A DNA stretch of 10,497 nt from Candidatus Nanohaloarchaea archaeon (GTDB lineage Archaea; Nanohalarchaeota; Nanosalinia; Nanosalinales; Nanosalinaceae). A program made the position numbers and the translations under genes. The stretch lies in NCBI GenBank assembly GCA_041639695.1, contig JBEQBQ010000023.1, forward strand, positions 1 through 10,497, in the 5' to 3' direction. Every line of letters starts with the position of its first letter. Within the stretch, counting starts at the first letter, position 1. Below the pieces are notes generated by a model. That model worked only from the letters and a program-made list of their open reading frames with translations, made no database searches and was not told the origin of the DNA. This document shows positions 1-6,829 of the stretch, one piece after another.

Positions 1-51
1 ATTATGGCGACGGGTTTAAAAAAGTTCGTCTGTACAGGAAAAAACTCCCTG

Positions 52-58
52 TTTAAAA
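52..58 (+). promoter_or_regulatory. Putative archaeal TATA box (TTTAAAA) for the 84..791 gene
   Basis: TTTAAAA lies 26-32 nt upstream of the GTG start at 84, the spacing expected for a leaderless or short-leader archaeal mRNA. Confidence 0.5.
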
Positions 59-83
59 TCCAACCAATCAGAAATAATTACTT

Positions 84-791
84 GTGAGGCTGGAACTTGA
101 CGGAGAGACAGTACGTTACACCACAAGAACAAGTTCGAAAGCCCAAAAGCCTAACATCCGGTCAAAGAAGACTTACTTCGAGGTTGTACTCCCTGAGAAA
201 TCGGCACTTAAAGCCGAGAATCTTCTAAAACGGAAGAAGAACTGGGTATTAAGAATACGTGAAGACCACGAGAAATACCGTGAGAAGGTACCGAAAAGAC
301 TGTTTGTGGAGGGCGAGAACTGGAGAGTGCTTGGCCAACAAAAGGAAATCAGGATCAATAGTAGGAAAACCGGTAAGGTAGACGATAATATTCTTCTTGC
401 AGAGCATCTTGTAGAGCGTAACTCAGTGAAAAACCGATTGAAACAGGTTCTGAAAGATGAGGCCAGAAACATCTTCGAACACAAGTCGGATCTATACACT
501 GACAGGATAGCAGAAGATTATGAGAAGATATTTGTTAGTGATCAAACCACTCGATGGGGTAGCTGTTCAGGCAAGAACAACCTCAACTTCAACTGGCGGC
601 TAATACTTGGACCTGAGAAAGTTGTTGACTACGTTGTCGCCCACGAAGTCGCCCACCTCAAACATATGAATCATGGCAAAGAGTTCTGGAATTTAGTAGA
701 AAAACTTCACCCTGATCACCGTAATTCGAGGGAGTGGCTGGAGCAGAATGCCGCAGAACTAACTTTTGATCCGGAAACTCTCGACTGCTGA
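84..791 (+). CDS. YgjP/DUF45-family (M48/SprT-like) zinc metallohydrolase
   Basis: 235 aa with GTG start. Family signature RWGSCS...LNFNWRL...VDYVVAHEVAHLKHMNHGKEFW; HEXXH encoded at 642-656; basic N-terminal half typical of the family. Confidence 0.9.
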   Translation: MRLELDGETVRYTTRTSSKAQKPNIRSKKTYFEVVLPEKSALKAENLLKRKKNWVLRIREDHEKYREKVPKRLFVEGENWRVLGQQKEIRINSRKTGKVDDNILLAEHLVERNSVKNRLKQVLKDEARNIFEHKSDLYTDRIAEDYEKIFVSDQTTRWGSCSGKNNLNFNWRLILGPEKVVDYVVAHEVAHLKHMNHGKEFWNLVEKLHPDHRNSREWLEQNAAELTFDPETLDC

Positions 792-830
792 ATCGTTAGA
801 GTGTTAATGTTAACCGTCCAAGTACTTCTT

Positions 831-918
831 GACCCCGTAAACCGGGGTTGACAACCAATAGTTCCGCCGAAAATTGCGGAGCGGGTCGGGCTTGGAAGCT
901 TCGCGCTTCGGCCCACCC
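831..918 (+). ncRNA. Candidate structured non-coding RNA with three consecutive hairpins; family unknown
   Basis: Hand folding gives H1 831-837/843-849, H2 861-867/876-882 and H3 883-899/905-918. Each stem contains a G-U wobble only on the + strand. Hand-counted GC is 55/88, versus 14/39 and 12/51 in the flanks. TTAATG at 804-809 upstream and TTCACTTTTC at 919-928 downstream. Confidence 0.55.
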
Positions 919-928
919 TTCACTTTTC
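919..928 (+). terminator. Possible pyrimidine/oligo-T terminator after the hairpin element
   Basis: TTCACTTTTC directly follows the strong H3 stem. Archaeal intrinsic terminators are oligo-T rich. Confidence 0.35.
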
Positions 929-937
929 CAATATTCA

Positions 938-946
938 GATATAATT
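938..946 (+). promoter_or_regulatory. Putative TATA box (GATATAATT) for the 970..2139 gene
   Basis: AT-rich TATA-like motif 24-32 nt upstream of ATG 970. Confidence 0.45.
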
Positions 947-969
947 GTTTTTTCTTCCAAGTAACATTT

Positions 970-2139
970 ATGGAAGATCGTACTCAAACGGTCGAAGGAT
1001 ACCTGGAGCAGGCAGTAAGCACGTTGATCCAGAAACCAGGAGTCTTCCCAAGCATAGAAGACCGTGAAAAGAACGACGGCTTTCCATGGAGGCCGGAAAT
1101 TGACCTCGAATCATCAACGATTTCAGTAGATTTAAACAATCTAAAAGATGATGAACTAAGGTTCTATTCGGAAATATGGACCGAAGTTTATTCCGAGAGA
1201 GCGATGCAAGATGTTCTCAACAACAGGATTAGATTTCTTGAAAACGAATTAGATATAGAAGTTGAAAACCCCTCTGCTGTCTTCCTACCATTAGAAACAG
1301 GTGGAAGCGGTTTCTATGACAAAGATGAACACCGAGTAGGCGTAGATAGATCGAACTTCCCACATGTACAGCTTGGGGAACCCATCCAAGTAATATGGCC
1401 TGGAACAAACCGGACTCTGAGCCACGAGTCCGTCCACGCAGCACAGATGATGACAGACCGGTTTGAAGAACTTCATTCAGATATCGCTGAAAAGGATGTC
1501 TACAACCAGGAATTCACGGATAACGTTGATAGGGCAGGAATGGAGGCATTAGCACGGTTTGAGGAAGATCCTTGGGGTAACCATATGCAGAGAGGGAGAG
1601 AGCTTGAGAAAGGTTTGTCGAAAGTTTATCGTCTGCCCGGTCTTCTAGAGAAGGATCGTGGACCTGAAGGAACTGAGAGAAAGAGGTTGAACGGCGGAGG
1701 AGGTTTCCAGTTAGGAGATCATCTCTACAGCGATCCCTACGGAATGGCCGATGTAATCGCATACTCCGTGAAGAACTACTTCAAGACCCGAGATGATATT
1801 GAAAACCACCGTAGGGAAACAAGAAAGGCTCTGTTCGATATAGCAGCTGATGCGGAGGAATGGGAGCGAATGCTCTCAGGCATCTGGAAAGAACTAGGGT
1901 ATCCCGACTACCACAAAATATTCGAGGAAAACTACCGAAGAATTCAGAACGACCCTGTATACGCTAAGAACGAGCTAAACCGTCTTAAACAAGAAGTGAG
2001 AGAAAAAGAAAAAGTTGAACCGGAAGAATACTACGAAGTAAGATCCTTTATCCATGCTTACGAGGAGACAGGTAGAAATGCTCCTGACCAGCTCATGAAC
2101 TTAGCCCGTGACCTTTATGATCTGGAGAAAATCCGGTAA
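970..2139 (+). CDS. Uncharacterised acidic protein with zincin (HEXXH...E) metallopeptidase-like motif
   Basis: 389 aa from ATG 970, preferred over the track's TTG 874, which lies inside the hairpin element. GFYDKDEHRVGV strand, then TLSHESVHAAQ (1423-1437) and a downstream Glu in GMEALA (1543-1545). No obvious signal peptide or TM segment. Confidence 0.8.
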   Translation: MEDRTQTVEGYLEQAVSTLIQKPGVFPSIEDREKNDGFPWRPEIDLESSTISVDLNNLKDDELRFYSEIWTEVYSERAMQDVLNNRIRFLENELDIEVENPSAVFLPLETGGSGFYDKDEHRVGVDRSNFPHVQLGEPIQVIWPGTNRTLSHESVHAAQMMTDRFEELHSDIAEKDVYNQEFTDNVDRAGMEALARFEEDPWGNHMQRGRELEKGLSKVYRLPGLLEKDRGPEGTERKRLNGGGGFQLGDHLYSDPYGMADVIAYSVKNYFKTRDDIENHRRETRKALFDIAADAEEWERMLSGIWKELGYPDYHKIFEENYRRIQNDPVYAKNELNRLKQEVREKEKVEPEEYYEVRSFIHAYEETGRNAPDQLMNLARDLYDLEKIR

Positions 2140-2757
2140 CTACATCATCCACTTTTCTTCCCACTGTCTGATTCTTTCACGCCACTCCTCTTCCTCACTC
2201 CGTTTATCTTCTGAACCAAGTAGATCTTTCTCTCTAAGCCTGTAACCTATTACTACGCCTGAAACCATTCCTAGCAGGTGTGCCTCATAAGCTGTGTTCG
2301 TGCTTCCTGTTAGACCGGCGAACTGGATTAAAGTATAAATTATGAATACAGCCCACATAGGAAGAGGAACTCCTAAAGCCAGCCCGATCTGTTTAGGTCG
2401 GTAAACTGCTAAAGCTGCAAGAACTCCCATAGCTCCTCCTGAGGCACCGATAATATAGCTGGAAGGGAAGAAGACAAAAGCTGAGATATTTGCTAGAAGC
2501 GCCGAAATCAGGAAAGTAAACAGAAATAGTTTTCCGGACGTGTAACGCTCGTAGATTGAACCGAAAAGTCCGAGGAAGAACAGATTGTTCAGGAGATGTT
2601 CAAGACCTGAATGACCCAGTATAGAGGTAAAGAACTTGTAAAATGGAGAGGCAGAAGCGTTGAACCCCGGGTTGAAACCTGTCGAGGCCTGTATAAAGTA
2701 AACTAGGCCAAGTACCGTGCAGAGCTGGAGTGCAACGAACCTGAACTTGGAATCCAT
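2140..2757 (-). CDS. Rhomboid-family intramembrane serine protease
   Basis: 205 aa, multiple hydrophobic segments. Motifs HSGLEHLLNN (HxxxxHxxxN), catalytic GASGG and AYEAHLLG (catalytic His). Confidence 0.93.
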   Translation of the reverse strand: MDSKFRFVALQLCTVLGLVYFIQASTGFNPGFNASASPFYKFFTSILGHSGLEHLLNNLFFLGLFGSIYERYTSGKLFLFTFLISALLANISAFVFFPSSYIIGASGGAMGVLAALAVYRPKQIGLALGVPLPMWAVFIIYTLIQFAGLTGSTNTAYEAHLLGMVSGVVIGYRLREKDLLGSEDKRSEEEEWRERIRQWEEKWMM

Positions 2758-2780
2758 AAACCCAGTTTTGGGTCCTCAGG

Positions 2781-2786
2781 TTTAAA
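2781..2786 (-). promoter_or_regulatory. Putative TATA box (TTTAAA) for the rhomboid gene
   Basis: TTTAAA 24-29 nt upstream of ATG 2757 within a 31-nt spacer, suggesting an independent leaderless transcript. Confidence 0.55.
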
Positions 2787-2788
2787 CT

Positions 2789-5449
2789 TCACTCGACACG
2801 GTTACCAAACTTCCGGGATAGCAGCCTCCTGAAACCGTACTCGAGCACCGTGAACACTCCTAGTGCCAGGGCGACCTGAGCCCAGTGATGTGGCTGGAGC
2901 GGAACGGTCTTGAAAAGACCGGAAAGCGGCGTGTAAAGTATTGCCAGGTGTGTCAGTGAAGCGAAGAGTATCGCCGCAATCAGGTAGAGGTTTTGTTTAA
3001 GTCTAAGGCCGTAGTCCCTTCTGATAACCTGGAACATCATTATCTCGAAGAATGCCAGTGCCATGAACAGCATGGTCTGTGCGTATGCAAAGTTCTCGAT
3101 GTTCAGGAAGAACACCGGCAGCATGATAATAGCTGCGAGAGGTCCTGTAACCGCTATCATGGATAAAATCTTCTTATCAAGTATTGGTTCATCTCTACCC
3201 CTAGGATCCCTCTCCATAATGCCTTCGACTTTTGGATCCTTTCCGAGCGCGATCGCTGGAGGTCCGTCGGAAGCGAAGTTAACCCATAGGATCATCAAAG
3301 CAGTTAAGACAACCGAGTCACCTTCGGAGAAGTACTCAGGGAAGAACAATCCTCCTATAAGCGTTCCGAGGAAGACGAACATGACTTCTCCCGAGTTGGT
3401 TGATAGAAGTTGATTAGTCACTTTCCTAATGTTGTCAAAGATCGCTCTTCCTTCTGCGATCGCATCCCTGATAGTAACAAAGTTATCGTCCTGCAAAACC
3501 ATGTCGCTGCTTTTCTTCGCAACATCAGTCCCTCTCTGACCCATAGCTACACCGACATCGGAGTTCTTTAGGGCCGGAGCATCGTTAACCCCATCTCCTG
3601 TCATCGCAACGTTGTATCCCTGATCCTGTAGTGCCTCTAGTATTCTTACCTTGTGCTGTGGAGATACACGTGCGAAGATCTCGACCTCAGTCACCTTCTC
3701 CTGAAGCTCTTCTTCGGATAAATCCTCGATCTCCGGCCCTCTCATCGCGCCCTCCGGATCGAAACCTAGTTCCTTTCCGATAGCCTTCGCTGTCTCTATG
3801 TTGTCGCCGGTTGCCATTACCACACCGATGCCTGCGGTTCTGCAGTCTTCAACTGCTTCCTTGACCTCTTCTCGGGCCGGATCCATCATTCCCTGAAGAC
3901 CGAGGAACACTAGTTCCGACTCTAGCTCTTCTTCATCCATGTTAGGATCCTCTACCTGTTTCCTCGCGAATCCAAGAACCCTCAAAGCATCCCTAGCCAT
4001 CTGGTGGTTTCTATCTAATACTTCCTGCTTTCTCTCTTCTGTAAGCTCTTTCTCCTCACCGTCAAGAAGTATCCTGTCGCATCTTTCTAGAACGGTTTCC
4101 GGAGCACCCTTCATGTAGGCAGTATCATCTTTGACAACAGTCATCCTCTTTCTGTCGGAGGAGAAGGGAACACTTCTCTGTCTTTCATCACTTTCCTCAA
4201 TACCTGCCTTCATGCCTGCCACAAGTAAGGCAACTTCTGTGGGTTCTCCTCTAAACCCATCTTCAGTTTTCTCAGAGTTGTTGCAGTATACACCGCACTC
4301 AAGAAGAGGTTCCAAATAACCTGAATCAGTTTCGTGACCGTTACGTCTGAAACCGCCGTTTATGGCTGTACCAGTACCTCCGACATCAAACTCCTCGCCC
4401 TGGAAGTAAAGGTTTTCCACAGTCATGGTTCCTTCTGTCAGGGTACCGGTCTTATCGGTTACAATATAGTTTACTGAGCCAAGCGCCTCGACGACAGGAA
4501 GACGTCTTACAAGAGCATCCTTCTTCAACAGTTTTCGAGAGCCTAAAGCAAGAGTTAAGGTAACGATCGCGGGTAAAGACTCTGGTATCGCAGCAACTGA
4601 AAGTCCGATTGCTAGCAAAAGAATCGTGATAACATCAGCCCCGGTAAGAAGTGCCTGGATCACTGCCACAAGGGAAATAATACCTATTACAAGCATGCCG
4701 ATCTTCTTGCCCATAGCGTCGACCTCCTGCTGGAATGGCGTTCTCTCTGTTTCAGCATCTTCCAGCTCTTCAGCGATATCTCCTACCTCAGTATCCATGC
4801 CTGTAGCAGTTACAACAGCTTTACCTCTACCCTTCACAACGTGGGTGTTCATAAATACCATGTTGTCCCGATCTGCTAATGCCGAATCCTCCGAAACAGT
4901 GCCAGAGTGTTTCGAAACTTCCTGGCTTTCACCTGTCAAAGCGGACTCGTCTGTTGAAAGTGATTCTGCCTCGATAATTCTTGCGTCAGCAGGAACAGCG
5001 TCTCCCTGCTCCAGATAAATTATATCTCCGGGAACGATTTCTGTAGAGTCCACCTCGATCTTCTTTCCATCACGCTTGACTGTCGCGTTCGGCGTGGACA
5101 TCTTCTTCAAAGCCTGGATAGACTTCTCTGCTCTGTAATCCTGTATAAAACCGAATAAACCGTTTGCCAAAAGTATTAGAAGTATTACTCCCGCTTCCCT
5201 GTATTCAGGGCTGTGGCCTGGGACTAATCCTATTCCCAGAGATAGTATGCCGGCCGCAAACAACAGGTAGATTAGATTATCCTGGAACTGACTAAAAAGT
5301 ATCCTCCATGCTGAAGTCGAATCATCGCTTTCTATACGGTTCTCACCGTTTTCTTCAAGGCTTTTTTCTGCATCTTCGCTGCTTAAGCCTTCCTCTGAAG
5401 TTCCGAGGTCCGAGTAAACTTCTTCCAGAGACTTACTATGTTGCGGCAT
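2789..5449 (-). CDS. Cation-transporting P-type ATPase, P2A (Ca2+/SERCA-like) subtype
   Basis: 886 aa from ATG 5449 (MPQHSK). Motifs TGES, DKTGTLT (phosphorylated Asp), KGAPE, TGDN and GDGVNDAPALK; TM4 AIPESLP, TM5 STNSGE, TM6 LWVNFASDG. The 72-codon upstream extension in the track overlaps the divergent gene and is unlikely to be real. Confidence 0.95.
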   Translation of the reverse strand: MPQHSKSLEEVYSDLGTSEEGLSSEDAEKSLEENGENRIESDDSTSAWRILFSQFQDNLIYLLFAAGILSLGIGLVPGHSPEYREAGVILLILLANGLFGFIQDYRAEKSIQALKKMSTPNATVKRDGKKIEVDSTEIVPGDIIYLEQGDAVPADARIIEAESLSTDESALTGESQEVSKHSGTVSEDSALADRDNMVFMNTHVVKGRGKAVVTATGMDTEVGDIAEELEDAETERTPFQQEVDAMGKKIGMLVIGIISLVAVIQALLTGADVITILLLAIGLSVAAIPESLPAIVTLTLALGSRKLLKKDALVRRLPVVEALGSVNYIVTDKTGTLTEGTMTVENLYFQGEEFDVGGTGTAINGGFRRNGHETDSGYLEPLLECGVYCNNSEKTEDGFRGEPTEVALLVAGMKAGIEESDERQRSVPFSSDRKRMTVVKDDTAYMKGAPETVLERCDRILLDGEEKELTEERKQEVLDRNHQMARDALRVLGFARKQVEDPNMDEEELESELVFLGLQGMMDPAREEVKEAVEDCRTAGIGVVMATGDNIETAKAIGKELGFDPEGAMRGPEIEDLSEEELQEKVTEVEIFARVSPQHKVRILEALQDQGYNVAMTGDGVNDAPALKNSDVGVAMGQRGTDVAKKSSDMVLQDDNFVTIRDAIAEGRAIFDNIRKVTNQLLSTNSGEVMFVFLGTLIGGLFFPEYFSEGDSVVLTALMILWVNFASDGPPAIALGKDPKVEGIMERDPRGRDEPILDKKILSMIAVTGPLAAIIMLPVFFLNIENFAYAQTMLFMALAFFEIMMFQVIRRDYGLRLKQNLYLIAAILFASLTHLAILYTPLSGLFKTVPLQPHHWAQVALALGVFTVLEYGFRRLLSRKFGNRVE

Positions 5450-5451
5450 TA

Positions 5452-5469
5452 TATCTGTACTTTCAGATA
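5452..5469. promoter_or_regulatory. Inverted repeat TATCTG-N6-CAGATA, possible operator of the ATPase gene
   Basis: Perfect 6-bp arms (5452-5457 and 5464-5469) between the ATPase start codon and a TTTTATT box at about 5474-5480 on the - strand. Confidence 0.3.
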
Positions 5470-5608
5470 CTCCAATAAAAAAACAATTCTTAGCACAACC
5501 AGCTCTAATAGAATTATAGGTACAACTTCTTGGTTCTACGATAAAACAAAATAACTTGGAGACAGATTGTTGAAAGAGAATAAAAGCATTCAAGCAGAAC
5601 CCGGGACC

Positions 5609-6382
5609 ATGGGTATAAAGTCCGCAAGCGATGTCCTGAACTCGATGATTGAGAAGGGGCTTCACGAGCTTGACCGTGACTTTACCGGCCTGTTTCTTTC
5701 GAGTCTTTCAGCCGGACTGGATATTGGTTTCGGCCCGCTTCTAATGGCAGTCATACTTACTCTTTCTACGGGAGGTTACGGCGACCTAGGAACCGAGCTT
5801 CTTCTGGCAAGCGCTTACGCAGTCGGATTTATACTGGTTATACTCGGACGTTCAGAGCTTTTCACCGAACATACTACACTAGCGGTAATACCTGTACTTG
5901 ACGGCAGTTCATCGCTAAAAAAATTGGGACGACTCTGGGGAACAGTCTATATAGGAAATATTATAGGAGGTATGATCTTTACTGGTCTGACACTATTATT
6001 AGTGCCTGAACTTGGGGTAGTAAATCCAGAAGCATTTGGTACAATCGCATCTAAGCTGATAGGTCATCCCGCACATTATATCTTTGTAGCAGGAGTGTTT
6101 GCGGGCTGGCTTATGGGACTGATGGCGTGGCTAGTTACAGGAGCGAAGAGCACCACCAGCAGAGTATTCATGATCTGGATGGTTGCCGCAACTATTGGGT
6201 TGCTTCACCTCCCGCACAGCATAGCAGGAAATGTTGAAGTCTTGTTCGGACTTCTGCTCTCCTCGGTCACAACCGTTCAGTACTTGTCATTCCTCGGATT
6301 GGCAACGTTAGGAAACGCTGTAGGCGGCGCAGTATTTGTAGCACTGCTGAAATACGGGCATGTGACAAGGGGAGCAAAGTAA
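5609..6382 (+). CDS. Formate/nitrite transporter (FNT) family channel
   Basis: Hydrophobic protein with about 6 TM segments. FNT motifs GRSELFTEHT, W..VYIGNIIGG, HSIAGN and TLGNAVGG. Start uncertain: ATG 5609 (AATAAAAG about 25 nt upstream) or TTG 5567/5570. Confidence 0.9.
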   Translation: MGIKSASDVLNSMIEKGLHELDRDFTGLFLSSLSAGLDIGFGPLLMAVILTLSTGGYGDLGTELLLASAYAVGFILVILGRSELFTEHTTLAVIPVLDGSSSLKKLGRLWGTVYIGNIIGGMIFTGLTLLLVPELGVVNPEAFGTIASKLIGHPAHYIFVAGVFAGWLMGLMAWLVTGAKSTTSRVFMIWMVAATIGLLHLPHSIAGNVEVLFGLLLSSVTTVQYLSFLGLATLGNAVGGAVFVALLKYGHVTRGAK

Positions 6383-6392
6383 AAATCAAGAT

Positions 6393-6503
6393 TTAGTTCA
6401 AAGACTCCCCAACCCAATCCAAGAACTTCTGATTACCTTCGATCTCAATCAACTCTATGATCGGGGTTTCATCGCTATGCATCCCCTCAACTTCCAACAG
6501 CAA
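6393..6503 (-). pseudogene. Small acidic ORF or gene remnant (LLLEVEGMHSDETPIIELIEIEGNQKFLDWVGESLN*)
   Basis: 36-codon open frame filling the FNT-immunity spacer and ending in TAA 10 nt from the FNT stop. Glu/Asp-rich like the genuine proteins here. An in-frame TAA lies just upstream. Possible starts are TTG 6503 or ATG 6482. Confidence 0.3.
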
Positions 6504-6531
6504 TTAATTTTTGGGATTTCTATTTTTCTTT

Positions 6532-6825
6532 ATGGGGAATAAGATTGCCAAGAAATACTTGCATCTAATTATTTCATTTACTGATGGAGCTAAGACTGCG
6601 TCTGAATTCGAGAGCGAATATTTGGCTGAGTTTAAGCAGGAAGATGATGAGATGCCAGAGAAAATATTTGAACCACTTAACTCACTGTTTTTTGCAGCTG
6701 ATGCATACTGTGAGGATCCAGAACTGAGAGATCAGCACGATATTGGAGACGAAGAATTCCTCGAAGAGGCAGTCTCAGCACAGAGGAAGTTAGAGCAGCT
6801 CATAGAGGACGATGATACAAACTAA
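6532..6825 (+). CDS. Colicin D immunity-like protein (Colicin_immun/ImmD fold), orphan
   Basis: 97 aa from ATG 6532. Pattern YLHLIISF.DG..TASEFESEYL...LNSLFFAADAYCEDPELR...IGDEEF.EE parallels the colicin D immunity family pattern (LF....ITA.EF...LF.AA..F.PD..R...ID...L..EV). Recognised by eye, not by search. Confidence 0.75.
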   Translation: MGNKIAKKYLHLIISFTDGAKTASEFESEYLAEFKQEDDEMPEKIFEPLNSLFFAADAYCEDPELRDQHDIGDEEFLEEAVSAQRKLEQLIEDDDTN

Positions 6826-6829
6826 TCAT

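Noticed and set aside
34-52. ACAGG...CCTGT inverted repeat near the window start
   Set aside because: Only 5-bp arms, compatible with chance, and the left-hand context is missing.
831-918. Hairpin element as a tRNA, split-tRNA half, C/D or H/ACA sRNA, SRP RNA, HEARO/omega RNA or CRISPR repeat
   Set aside because: No TTCRA T-loop or cloverleaf, no C/D boxes, no K-turn, no SRP helix 8 motif, no adjacent IscB/TnpB gene and no repeat-spacer periodicity. The ACA at 851-853 and the GTCAACCCC on the - strand are too weak on their own.
874-969. Track N-terminal extension (TTG 874) of the 421-aa ORF
   Set aside because: It runs through the hairpin element and an AT-rich promoter, giving an atypical Phe-rich peptide. 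ATG 970 has a correctly spaced TATA-like box.
716-987. Minus-strand ORFs 716..916 and 796..987
   Set aside because: Short, no recognisable motifs, overlapping real genes, and better explained as antisense to the structured element.
5450-5665. 72-aa N-terminal extension of the ATPase
   Set aside because: Cys/Phe-rich atypical sequence crossing the divergent promoter and overlapping the FNT gene. P2A-like sequence begins at MPQHSK (5449).
6511-6531. TTG start giving the leader MGFLFFF on the immunity-like gene
   Set aside because: Translation of a T-rich promoter region. ATG 6532 fits the domain start and the TTT-ATG pattern.
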